Shown: positions 12,830 through 25,793, numbered from the stretch's first letter. The stretch is DNA of 64,000 nt from Eledone cirrhosa (GCA_964016885.1 OZ024757.1:20646001-20710000), one strand, 5' to 3'. Numbers and translations: made by a program. Notes: generated from the sequence alone by a model not told the origin.

Positions 12830-13417
12830 GCATGATGATGTGGTCATATGACATTGTGACTACATGATAATGTGGTCACATGACATTGTGATTACATGAT
12901 GTGGTCACATGACATTGTGGCTACATGATGATGTGGTCATATGGCATTGTGACTACATGATAATGTGGTCACATGACATTGTGACTACATGATAATGTGG
13001 TCACATGACATTGTGGCTACATGATAATGTGGTCATATGACACTGTGACTTCATGATAATGTGGTCACATGACATTGTGACTACATGATAATGTGGTCAC
13101 ATGACATTGTGACTACATGATAATGTGGTCACATGACATTGTGACTTCATAATTTTGGTCACATGCCATTGTGACTACATGATAATGTGGTCACATGACA
13201 TTGTCACTACATGATAATGTGGTCACATGACATTGTGGCTACATGATAATGTGGTCACATGACATTGTGGCTACATGACATTGTGGCTACATGATAATGT
13301 GGTCATATGACATTGTGGCTACATGATAATGTGGTCACATGACATTGTGGCTACATGATAATGTGGTCACATGACATTGTGGCTACATGATAATGTGGTC
13401 ATATGACATTGTGGCTA
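12830..13417. repeat. 32-bp minisatellite (atgataatgtggtcacatgacattgtgactac)
   Basis: About 18 tandem units; gactac at 12951 and 12983. Confidence 0.93.
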
Positions 13418-13424
13418 GACGACT

Positions 13425-13620
13425 GGGATTGGCAGTATCGGTAGAAGGTTGGACGCCATGCTTTGCAGCATAGAGTTACACCCCTTTATAGTCTGAGTTC
13501 AAATCCCGCCGAGGTTAACTTTGCCTTTCATCGTTACCGGGTCGATAACATAAAGTACCAGTAATGCATTGGGGTTGATTTAGCCTTCTCCAAAATTGTT
13601 GACCTTGTGCCTAAATTTTA
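13425..13620 (+). mobile_element. SINE family B
   Basis: Same head and domain as 7020-7965. Confidence 0.82.
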
Positions 13621-13737
13621 ACCATTTATGTACGTTTTTGGTATATTTCCAGAATAGATTTGACAAGAAATTAGAATGCATGAATGCAATTTGGAAAGAG
13701 AGAGACAGATAGACAAAGAAAAAGAATCTTTTTAACT

Positions 13738-16311
13738 TTAACCCTTTAGCATTCACATTACTCTATATATACTATTATATTTTCATGGTAAAGACTTTAC
13801 CCCACATAATATCTCACATAACATTTACATTACTCTATATATACTATTATATTTTCATGGTAAAGGTTTTACCTCATATTATCTCACATAACATTCACAT
13901 TACTCTATATATACTATTATATTTTCATGGTAAAGGTTTTACCTCATATTATCTCACATAACATTCACATTACTCTATATATACTATTATATTTTCATGG
14001 TAAAGGTTTTACCTCATATTATCTCACATAACATTCACATTACTCTATATATACTATTATATTTTCATGGTAAAGGCTTTACCTCACATAATATCTCACA
14101 TAACATTTACATTACTCTATATATACTATTATCTTTTCATGGTAAAGGCTTTACCTCACATAATATCTCACATAACATTCACATTACTCTATATATACTA
14201 TTATCTTTTCATGGTAAAGGATTTATCTCACATAATATCTCACATAACATTCACATTACTCTATATCTACTATTATATTTTCATGGTAAAGACTTTACCT
14301 CACATAATATCTCACATAACATTTACATTACTCTATATATACTATTATATTTTCATGGTAAAGGTTTTACCTCATATTATCTCACATAACATTCACATTA
14401 CTCTATATATACTATTATATTTTCATGGTAAAGGTTTTACCTCATATTATCTCACATAACATTCACATTACTCTATATATACTATTATATTTTCATGGTA
14501 AAGGCTTTATCTCACATAATATCTCACATAACATTCACATTACTCTATATATACTATTGTATTTTCATGGTAAAGGCTTTACCTCACATAATTATCTTAC
14601 ATAACATTCACATTACTCTATATATACTATTATATTTTCATGGTAAAGGCTTTATCTCACATAATATCTCACATAACATTCACATTACTCTATATATACT
14701 ATTGTATTTTCATGGTAAAGGCTTTACGTCACATAATTATCTTACATAACATTCACATTACTCTATATATACTATTATATTTTCATGGTAAAGGCTTTAC
14801 CTCACATAATATCTCACATAACAGTCACATTACTCTATATATACTATTATATTTTCACAGTAAAGGCTTTACCTCACATAATATCTCACATAACATTTAC
14901 ATTACTCTATATATACTATTATATTTTCATGGTAAAGGTTTTACCTCGTATTATCTCACATAATATTCACATTACTCTATATATACTATTATATTTTCAT
15001 GGTAAAGGTTTTACCTCATATTATCTCACATAACATTCACATTACTCTATATATACTATTATATTTTCATGGTAAAGGCTTTATCTCGCATAATATCTCA
15101 CATAACATTTACATTACTCTATATATACTATTGTATTTTCATAGTAAAGGCTTTACCTCACATAATATCTCACCTAACATTCACATTACTCTATATATAC
15201 TATTGTATTTTCATGGTAAAGGCTTTACCTCACATAATTATCTTACATAACATTCACATTACTCTATATATACTATTGTATTTTCATGGTAAAGGCTTTA
15301 TCTCACATAACATTCACATTACTCTATATATACTATTATATTTTCATGGTAAAGGTTTTACCTCGTATTATCTCACATAATATTCACATTACTCTATATA
15401 TACTATTATATTTTCATGGTAAAGGTTTTACCTCGTATTATCTCACATAATATTCACATTACTCTATATATACTATTATATTTTCATGGTAAAGGTTTTA
15501 CCTCGTATTATCTCACATAATATTCACATTACTCTATATATACTATTGTATTTTCATGGTAAAGGCTTTACCTCACATAATTATCTTACATAACATTCAC
15601 ATTACTCTATATATACTATTATATTTTCATGGTAAAGGCTTTACCTCACATAATATCTCACATAACATTCACATTACTCTATATATACTATTATATTTTC
15701 ACAGTAAAGGCTTTACCTCACATAATATCTCACATAACATTTACATTACTCTATATATACTATTATATTTTCATGGTAAAGGTTTTACCTCGTATTATCT
15801 CACATAATATTCACATTACTCTATATATACTATTATATTTTCATGGTAAAGGTTTTACCTCATATTATCTCACATAACATTCACATTACTCTATATATAC
15901 TATTATATTTTCATGGTAAAGGCTTTATCTCGCATAATATCTCACATAACATTCACATTACTCTATATATACTATTGTATTTTCATGGTAAATGCTTTAC
16001 TTCACATAATATCTCACATAACATTCACATTACTCTATATATACTATTGTATTTTCATGGTAAATGCTTTACTTCACATAATATCTCACATAACATTCAC
16101 ATTACTCTATATATATACTATTGTATTTTCATGGTAAAGGCTTTACCTCACATAATTATCTCACATAATATCGAATCTATGAGATTTTGCAAGTATTTAT
16201 TTTGAGAACAATACCTTAACATCAATTTGAGCGACCAGTTACAGCCAGTTTCAACAGAAAGAGGTAGAGAATTCTGGCCAGTTTTGGCCGGTTTGAACAT
16301 TAAATGGTTAA
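13738..16311. mobile_element. TTAA-flanked MITE-like element inflated by an internal 70-73-bp minisatellite (about 13750-16170)
   Basis: Left end ttaaccctttagcattc and right end gaacattaaatggttaa (13/17 inverted match, TTAA at both ends); unit acattcacattactctatatatactattatattttcatggtaaagg...ctcacata. Confidence 0.7.
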
Positions 16312-16989
16312 TACAGTATGTTTTAACTAGAGACCTCCATCCTCATAACCTCAGTATGACTGCTGGTATGTCACGGAAGAATAGGTTGTTGATTTTGTTT
16401 ACACAAGCACAACAATAATTTCTGCATATTTCCAGAATGTATACTTAGGAAGATGATGATGATTAGGAGGAAAAGGGAAAGGGGAGTCAGGAAGAAGAAG
16501 AAGAGGAAGAGGAGGAGGAAAAAGAAGAAAAAGAATTTTGGTGTACTAAGTAAAAAAAAAAAAATCCCATACATATGACATAAAATTGGAAAAAAGTAGA
16601 ATTTTAATGATTAAAAAATAAAATTTTAAATTTAAGAAATTACAGGTTTCAGTGCCTTCTCTCCTTTCAAATAACAGAGCCACATTTTTTATAAGAATAA
16701 TTGTTTTTAAGAATCATATGATGATGGTGTGAAAGTAATATAACTAAGAATTCTTCTGAAAGTTAAAGATTTTAAAACACACACACATATGTGTGTGTGT
16801 TTATATACATAATATATATATGGATTATTTACAAAGATCGTTGATATTAACTCAACGGTCACCAGCCAACATCCAGTTCACTCAATAAATCTGCTAGATT
16901 GCAGTAATGCGACTGGAAGAGTGCACACAATTAAGTTAATAGCACGTATAGTGGCTGTGTTTTGGTATAGATAAAGTATATATCTCCCT

Positions 16990-17114
16990 CCTGGACGAAT
17001 TCGTTTCTGTGCAACATACTTCACAATTGCAGATATTAAATCTGCAGTGTTCAGAAAACTACGTATTATCAGCAGATAATTACATAACTGGGCAAATTGC
17101 ACATCTTCAGCAAG
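16990..17114 (-). ncRNA. Type I hammerhead ribozyme with an expanded (about 96 nt) branched stem II
   Basis: Minus strand CUUG-CUGAAGA-UGUGCAA...UUGCACA-GAA-ACGAAUUCGU-C-CAGG: intact core, GUC cleavage triplet, 10-nt palindromic stem III, 7-bp basal stem II. Confidence 0.75.
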
Positions 17115-17217
17115 CAGCCCCTGTCAATTCTTCGGTCTATTCGAGGCACATGGCTTAGTGGTTAGAGCATTGGACTTGCAATCAAAAGGTTGCGAGTTCA
17201 ATTCTCAAATGCAAACT

Positions 17218-17667
17218 ATGGGTACACAAATGATGTAGTGGGATCTCAGACAGAATAACAAAGAATGTAGGTTTTACATGTGGTTGCTGCACAGGGGCAG
17301 TACGTAGCAAGCCCTTCAAATGCCCAGAGGGCTCTATAGAAGTGGTAGATAGTTTCAGTTACCTGGGTGACCAAATCAGCAGTGGGGGAGGGTGCACATT
17401 TTTTATACAGCTGTTGCCCTTCATATGCATCACATGTCCATACCAATGCAATCTCCTCTCCTACACACATTTGATACCTCTTATGCCTAGTCTCTCTCAA
17501 TTCGTTTATGCTTTGCCGTTCACGTACATTACTATTACAGATCCATCGGAGCATGCAAGCTTCGTTTCTTTCTAATCTACGCAAGTCTTCGGCCCACAAC
17601 GCTCAGGTCTCACTACCATGTAATATTGCCGTTTGTATACAAGAATCATACAATCTGCCTTTCATCT
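17218..17667. mobile_element. Rearranged RTE LINE fragment (plus segment 17218-17392, inverted segment 17393-17667)
   Basis: Plus strand: WVHK*CSGI...FTCGCCTG...EVVDSFSYLGDQISSGGG; minus strand: KGRLYDSCIQTAILHGSET...LRRLERNEACMLRW...WYGHVMHMK. Confidence 0.8.
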
Positions 17668-18032
17668 TTATATACATATATATATATATATATTGTTATA
17701 TTTGGGGAGGGTCATATTGTTATAATATTGCCAGAAATAATAATAAAACACACCCACTCTTTGGTTTCCACTTCGGTGTCTTTTATATCTCTATAGTTAA
17801 TTTATCTGGCAATCAATGTTTCTCATTGATTGACAAACGGTTAAAAATATATATATAAATATATAAAGAATTAGTATATCTACCAACATATATATACAGA
17901 TGCATACCTATGCTAGCAAATATATATGTTTTGTCTTAGTAACTTTGTGGTTCTATGCAAGGGGATGCAGAACAATTATATGAAAGACGTAAATAAGAAA
18001 GTTATGAAAATTGACTTACTTACTAAAATTTC

Positions 18033-18113
18033 ACTCCAACTAATTAGTTTCTGTAAGGGGATAAATATGGTTACGGAGCGTATCCATAGAGAAGCCTTAC
18101 GTCATCAGGGAGT
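18033..18113 (-). ncRNA. Type I hammerhead ribozyme motif (left arm of the inverted repeat)
   Basis: Exact mirror of 18205-18285. Confidence 0.65.
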
Positions 18114-18204
18114 CTATTCTCAGCTAAGCTTCCAGGCAATGCGGGGACACTGGGAACTTATATAAAAATAATTCAGTGGATGGAAAAAAGCGAGCTGAGA
18201 ATAG

Positions 18205-18285
18205 ACTCCCTGATGACGTAAGGCTTCTCTATGGATACGCTCCGTAACCATATTTATCCCCTTACAGAAACTAATTAGTTGGAGT
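18205..18285 (+). ncRNA. Type I hammerhead ribozyme motif with extended stem II (right arm)
   Basis: ACUCC-CUGAUGA-C-GUAAGG...UAUGGAUACG(CUC)CGUAACCAUA...CCUUAC-A-GAA-ACUAAUUAGU-U-GGAGU; C.A mismatch at the stem II base. Confidence 0.65.
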
Positions 18286-18519
18286 GAAATTTTAGTAAGT
18301 AAGTCAATTTTCATAACTTTCTCATTTACGCCTTTCATATAAATATATGTATATATATAGTCTATCAAAGTTCTTTCATCACACACCTGTGACATTATTG
18401 CTGACATCAGTGGTACTATAGAGATATAAAAGATACAGAAGCGAAAACCAATCCAAACCAAACAGTGAGTGTGTTTTATTATTATTTCTGACAATATTAA
18501 AACTATATATATATATATA

Positions 18520-18571
<52 letters not shown>

Positions 18572-19317
18572 ATATATATATATGTATGTGAAAACAAATT
18601 AAAAAGGTAAATAAAATTAGGAGAATAATATGTTATTTATAGCGTTCATTATTTCTAAATTTTAATTAGATCGAGTATGAAGTATAAAGCTAATTTTTTA
18701 ACTACACACATTGGAAATTAGAAGAAATCAATGCAAAGAAATTCTTCTTTTCTTTCTCTCCAGCCCCACATCTTTAGTTTTTCTTTCTTTTTTCGTTCAT
18801 TCTTTTTTTCTTTCATTCTTTGTTAAATAAATGAAACAACATTAATTTGTAGAATTTGAAACAACAGCAAATGATTGTGTAGAACAGCTGTTGAGGTAAT
18901 ATTGATTAAAAAAACAACAATTTAGGGTTTTATATGAGATCAACAAATGGAAACACACACCTAGAAGCTATTGAAAAGAAATATCTAGCAGAAAAAACAA
19001 CAAAAAACAAAAAAAGGTATTGAGTCAAAATGAGCTTTTGAAAAGTCCTTAAATAAAGAAAAATGTGTGTGTGAGTAATTAAATTTGTTACATATTCATT
19101 TCAATCAACGTACCACTAGCCCTAGGTTAGAAGGAAAAGAATTTTAACACTGTTAGTTAACCTTCGTAAATAAAACCAAATATTTCCAAATTTAGTGTAT
19201 CAATAAATGGAAGATTTGAATAAATGTATATGAAATGCTCTTTGTATTTTTATTACACGCACACACATTTATTGTTGACATTATTGTCGACTACATATGG
19301 AAATATATATATATATC

Positions 19318-20125
19318 AGCAACGAACAGCAATGTTGCATGGCAGTGAGACCTGGGCATTGTGTGCAGAGGATATACGCAGACTGGAGAGGAACGAAGCT
19401 TGCATGCTCCGCTGGATGTGAAATAGTAATATGCGTGAACGGCAAAGCATAAACGAACTAAGGGAAAAATTAGAAATAAGAGCGATCAGATGCTGTTTAC
19501 TCGAGAGAAGACTACGTTGGTATGGTCACATGATGCGCATGAAAGACGACAGCTGTATAAAAAAGTGCAGGGCAATAAAAATAGACGGTAGCCACGGAGT
19601 AGGCAGACCCAGAAAAACCTGGGACGACTTGATAAATTCCGACCTCACACACACACACACCTCTCCAAGACAATGTCACTGGACCGAGACCTTTGGCATT
19701 ACACAGTAATAGAGAAGACCCGCCTTACCTAAGTACAAAGTGAAACCTACTACAGTCATTAGGCACCTCTCACAAAATACACCCACGTCCCACTACCCCC
19801 ACCCCATCCACACCACCCCTTTCAATGTAAAGTTATGTTGGTACCACAACATCCAGCCCGAAACAAATGAGGTCGTGTAGGTGTCCTGACAAAAAAACAC
19901 ACAGTCCACGCTGTAATGTGGCCGTGTAGGTAACACGGTAAAAACCTCCCGGTTCCACACTGTAAACGTGGTTGGTGTTAGGAAGGGCATCCAGCTGTAG
20001 AAAACCTGCCAGACAGTCCTATGTGAGCAAGACAACCACTCTTGCCTCAAGTGGGAAAACTCCCGTCCAAACCCATGCACGCGTGGAAGATGGACGTTAA
20101 ACGATAATGATGATGATGATGATGT
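19318..20125 (+). mobile_element. 5'-truncated RTE LINE 3' end (RT C-terminus, 3' UTR, (GAT)n tail)
   Basis: MLHGSETWAL...RRLERNEACMLRWM...RRLRWYGHMMRM...GVGRPRKTWDD; tail ggacgttaaacgat(gat)n. Confidence 0.92.
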
Positions 20126-20156
20126 ATATATATATATATATATAATACAATATATA

Positions 20157-20592
20157 TCATCATCATCATCACCGTTTTACGTCCATTCTTCCACACTAGC
20201 ATGGGTTAGACGGGTTGTCCTGTTGTGGGCAGTGTCCGGTCGGCTGACCTTGTCTTGCTCATACAGGAACTGATTCTGGCTTGATTTCTACAGCTGGATG
20301 CCCTGCCTAACACCAACCTCATTTACAGTGAGTGCTGGGTGCTTTTTTGCTGTGGTACCTCCACGACCACTTTACAGTGTGGGCTGGGTGCTTTTTTGCC
20401 GTGGCACCTCCACGACCACTTTACAGTGTGGGCTGGGTGCTTTTTTGCCGTGGCACCTCCACGTCCACTTTACAGTGTGGGCTGGGTGCTTTTTTGCCGT
20501 GGCACCTCCCCGACCACTTTGCATCTCATTTCTACAGCTGAGTAAACTGGAGCAATGTGAAATAAAGTGTCTTGCTCAAGGAAACAAACACA
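20157..20592 (-). mobile_element. SINE family A (long-tail variant) with an internal 49-bp tandem amplification; head missing
   Basis: ccacgaccactttacagtgtgggctgggtgcttttttgccgtggcacct repeated about 4 times at 20322-20520. Confidence 0.85.
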
Positions 20593-22120
20593 TCACGCAC
20601 TATAATATAATGCATATTTATAATGTAATACATATATCATCATCATCATTCCATTTTACGTCCACTGATACTACCTACCGGCTGCAACTCCTGGCATAAA
20701 GATATTTGCTGTTAAATCATTAAAGGATGTTAAGAGTTGAATATTTCTATAAAGGATGTTAAGGTGTGTATATTTCTATACATGAAACTGTAAACATTCT
20801 TTAAAGACAAACAACTGAGGCTTGAATATTGAGATACAGCTGCATCTAAGCTCTCTCACAACAGCTGCATAGAGGCCTCATCATTGACTAATTCATTTGA
20901 AAGGTTTCTTAAGGTCTAACTCACCAATACATTTGCTTTGGCTTCAATTTCTGAAACTGTGAACATTTTTCAAAGACAAATAATTTCATGAGAAATTCTT
21001 GACCAAAGCTAAATAAATATCTGGTTTTCAATACTTCGTCTTCAGCTAATTAATCAATTCAATCAGTTTAGTAAATAGAGATGCAAAACCTATTGAACAG
21101 TATTAAATCAATAACTGGTGCTGTGGTAAATAATTACACAAAACGACTAATAATTAGTACTACAAGCTGACATAGCAAGTGGCTTGTTAGGTAATCAATA
21201 AAACATCAGTCCCTTTCTTTCATTCCTTCTTTTCTCTATCTTTCTTATGTTCTTTCTTTCTGTCTTTTATCTCTCCCTCCCTCTCTCTCTCTCTTAGGAA
21301 AATAAAAACCCACCCATATTACTGGTACTAAGAGAATGAAACTTATCCTCAATATCTGGTTTCTGTCGTGTTCTGGCTAACAGATAACTTGTAGAGCACT
21401 AAATACCTAATTCTGTCACCATATAAAACCCTTTCGTACTAGAGGCCTTTCAATGAGGATCTTAGTCCACACAGTTTCCATCGTAGGGTTAACCCCCCCC
21501 CCCCCCCCGCCTCTCCCCCAGTCATTACTGGTACTCATTTTCAGCTGAGTATACTGGAGCAATGTGAAATAAAGTGCTTTTTTTCAACAACACAATACAG
21601 TCCAGGAATAGAACCCATGACATTGTGATCATAAATCTAATACCTTTACCACTAGGCCACACACCTCCACCAGTATCACTCACAACTACCCTCCTCCCAC
21701 CAGCATTGCCACAAACCTCTCTCTCTCTCTCCTTATACACAGCCATCATTTTAATTTCTGTTGTTTTCTGATAGAACAATAGCTAAATTCATGTTACTTT
21801 TGTAGCAACTATTAAAACTATAGACGCCCCCCCCCCCCTCTCCCCTCACACATATTTTATGTAATCTGTCTTTGCAATGCACCCCCGCCACCATTTGGTG
21901 CCCTTGTGGTGAATAAACCGTCACCACAACCACCTCCACCACTGTCAACACTACAACCATCATCATCATCATCATCATCATCAACAACATTATCATCAGT
22001 CTTATTTTTATTGTGTTGTCACTACATTAACGAGCACAGCTCTATGTGCCTGGGGTATGTGCAGGGTTGTTGTTTTCAGTGTTGTTATTTCTATTATACC
22101 GAGAGTACTTCTTGTAAATT

Positions 22121-22155
<35 letters not shown>

Positions 22156-22319
22156 TATCATCATCACTACAATACTTGATTCTCGACATATTTCAATTTT
22201 TGTTTGTTTTTGTAGATTAAATGTTGTTCTCCCCACACCAACACAGCCCCCACCCACATCATTTCCAGTTTTTGAACAGGCTCCAATCCATAATGAACCA
22301 CTTTTCATAACCATTAGCT

Positions 22320-23020
22320 TCACCGCCACCGCCACCACCACCACCACCACCACACACCACCATCATCGCTGCTGCCAACACCACCACCACCACCACCACC
22401 AGCACCATCACCACCACCATCGCTGCTGCCAACACCACCACCACCACCACCAGCACCATCACCATCACCACCACCATCGCTGCTGCCAACACCACCACCA
22501 CCAGCACCATCACCATCACCACCATCATCACCATCGCTGCTGCCAACACCACCACCACCATCACCATCATCGCTGCTGCCAACACCACCACCACCATCAC
22601 CATCACCATCACCACCACCACTGCTGCCACAACCGCCACCACGACCACCGCCACCACCAGTACCACCACCACTACCACCACACACCACCATCATCGCTGC
22701 TGCCACCACCACCATAAACCACAACCGCCACCACCAGCACCACCACTGCTGCCACCACCACCATCACCACAACCGCCACCACCAGCACCACCACTGCTGC
22801 CACCACCACCATCACCACAACCGCCACCACCAGCACGACCACCGCCACCACCAGCACCACCACCGCTACCATCATCGCCACCACCACCACTGCCACCACC
22901 ACCATCACCACAACCGCCACCACCAGCACAACCACCGCCACCACCAGCACCACTACCACCACACACCACCATCATCGCCACCACCACCACCACCACCACC
23001 ATCGTTGCTGCCACCACCTC
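22320..23020. repeat. Degenerate (CCA)n trinucleotide array
   Basis: Direct reading. Confidence 0.9.
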
Positions 23021-23979
23021 AGGTCTTCTATTAGTTATTATGAGATCTCTCTGGAACATGTGCCATTGTAGCAATGTCAGCACATCAAGTACAGTGTGTG
23101 TGTGTGCGTGCGTGTGTGTGTGTCTGTGTGTCTGTGCGTGCATGTGTATGTATGCATGGTTGTGTGTTTCCTGTGCTCCAGGAAAGAACTACAACTGCTG
23201 CTCACCATGTAGCTATTGTTTTCCTCCCTCATCCAATTCTATGGTTTATCAATTGACCTGTCACACAACAATACTTGCCCTATTATTTAACACACATCCA
23301 TTCATCTCAACAACTTACTCAGTCATTGCACCCCACCCCCACCCCCACACACACACCCCATCCCCCACCAATATTGCTGTTATATTGGAAATAGAACAAT
23401 TTAATTTTCCTTTTAAAAAATTAAATAAAAGATGAATACAGACATGGTGACAAGGTTAAAGAGACCTGCTTCTTAATCATGTCATCCAAATTATTCCTCC
23501 CTGGTTGACTTCCAATCTCTGGCCATATTGAACCATGTAGGGCCAAGGTATCAGGTCACACCATTGTGTCATATGGCCTTTGCCTTTGGCCACCACCCTC
23601 TGGTTCTTCACCACTGCCTTGGTGTCCACTCTGTCACTTCAACAGTCCACCTGTTGTCTCTGAAGCCATCTATGTTTGCTCTTCTTGGTGGGGGTTTTTT
23701 TTTTTTTTCATGTCATGTACATGCATGGTCCCGTAACTCCTGAGGGTAACGTAGTGGCACTGTATTGATGTATGGCAATTCTTGGGCATTTTAAAAACCA
23801 GTGGAGCCCATCTCCTCTCTAGGAACAGATTTCTTCCAAAGTAGGGTAGAGAGTGAGAGAATGGAAGTGAGGAAGAAATATAGAGGACGAATCAACCCCA
23901 GTACTTGACTGGTACTTTTTTTATCGACCTCGAATGGATGAAAGGCATTGTGTGGTGATAACATAGTTAAAATATGTGT

Positions 23980-24920
23980 GCACTTCCTAGTAATACTATT
24001 TTTTGTATGCTGTATATATTTCTGTCCTGTAGTACTCTATATAGTGTATATACAGTACCTAGTAGTGTTATCTTTTGTATGCTGTATATATTTGTAAGTC
24101 CTGTAGTACTCTATATAATATATATACAGTGCCTAGTAGTGTTATCTTTTGTATACTGTATATATTTGTAAGTCCTGTAGTACTCTATATAATATATATA
24201 CAGTGCCTAGTAGTGTTATCTTTTGTATGCTGTATATATTTGTATGTCCTGTAGTACTCTATATAATATATATACAGTGCCTAGTAGTGTTATCTTTTGT
24301 ATACTGTATATATTTGTATGTCCTGTAGTACTCTATATAATATATATACAGTGCCTAGTAGTGTTATCTTTTGTATGCTGTATATATTTGTATGTCCTGT
24401 AGTACTCTATATAATATATATACAGTGCCTAGTAGTGTTATCTTTTGTATGCTGTATATATTTGTAAGACCTGTGGTACTCTATATAATATATATACAGT
24501 GCCTAGTAGTGTTATCTTTTGTATATTGTATATATTTGTAAGTCCTGTGGTACTCTATATAATATATATACAGTGCCTAGTAGTGTTATCTTTTGTATGC
24601 TGTATATATTTGTATGTCCTGTAGTACTCTATATAATATATATACAGTGCCTAGTAGTGTTATCTTTTGTATGCTGTATATATTTGTATGTCCTGTAGTA
24701 CTCTATATAATATATATACAGTGCCTAGTAGTGTTATCTTTTGTATGCTGTATATATTTGTATGTCCTGTAGTACTCTATATAATATATATACAGTGCCT
24801 AGTAGTGTTATCTTTTGTATGCTATGTATATATTTGTATGTCCTGTAGTACTCTATATAATATATATACAGTGCCTAGTAATACTATTTTTTGTATGCTG
24901 TATATATTTGTATGTCCTAG
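23980..24920. repeat. 74-bp minisatellite
   Basis: gtcctgtag at 24098 and 24172; about 12 units; diverged related sequence near 25060-25130. Confidence 0.93.
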
Positions 24921-25312
24921 GGTTTCGGTTATGTATCTGTTTGTGTATTTTTTTTTACCATTCTGAAAGTACCAATTATTTTGTTGTGACTGTATTACCA
25001 ATCACAGCTCTCTGTTCCTTGGCGACGTACAGTGTTGTTATTTCTACTGTATTGAGAGTACTTTTTGTAACATCTATTCAGTGCCTAGTATGGCTATTTC
25101 CTGTATACTGTATATATTTGCAAGTCCTGGAGTTTTGGTTATGTATCCATCTGTCTATTTTTTTGTATCATTCCAAAAGTACCTTTTATTTTAGGGATAT
25201 TATTTCTTATATCTGAGATTTTTAACTATCTAGTACTTTCCTGAAAATTTTGGCCATGCCAAGAAGGAAAACGTTTTGCTCTACTGGACATTATTATTAT
25301 TTGCCAGTGAAA

Positions 25313-25512
25313 TTGGCGGTGGATTGGGAGTATCGGTAGAAGGTCGTACGCCATGCTTTGACGCGTAGAGTTACGGCCCTTGCCATTCTGAGTTCAAATC
25401 CCGCCGAGGTTAACTTTGCCTTTCATCCTTACGGGGTCGATAAAATAAAGTACCTACCAGTAATGCACTGGGTAATTGCTGGCCTTGTGCCAAAAGTAGA
25501 AACAATTATTAT
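25313..25512 (+). mobile_element. SINE family B, near full length
   Basis: ggcggtggattgg...gtagaaacaattattatt. Confidence 0.88.
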
Positions 25513-25793
25513 TTGGCAGTGCTACCGGGGCCACTGCCAGTTCAAGATAAACTCTCCAGACAAGGAAGTTCTGTCAGATGGACCTGTCCAAAATGTGCGC
25601 AGAATGACAAAACCGTTCTGCACACCCTCATTAAGTGTCTGTGAATTACTGACTTGTCAAGTTATGTTGAACAGCAGTTATTGCACATAGAGTGAATCTG
25701 GCTTTGGCAAAGGTTTACTTTTCTTGATACAGTAAACCGTTTCCAAATTTAAAGGGTTTTTTTTTTAATGAAATTTCATTGTTTTATAGGTTT

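Larger units (their letters stand above)
17976..18342. repeat. About 150-bp near-perfect inverted repeat with a 67-nt spacer
   Basis: Arms 17976-18125 and 18193-18342 are reverse complements with about 2 mismatches. Confidence 0.95.

Noticed and set aside
22218-23021. Plus-strand exon after the acceptor ttttgtag (LNVVLPTPTQPPPTSFPVFEQAP...)
   Set aside because: Runs into a (CCA)n array with only a weak donor; no partner exons found
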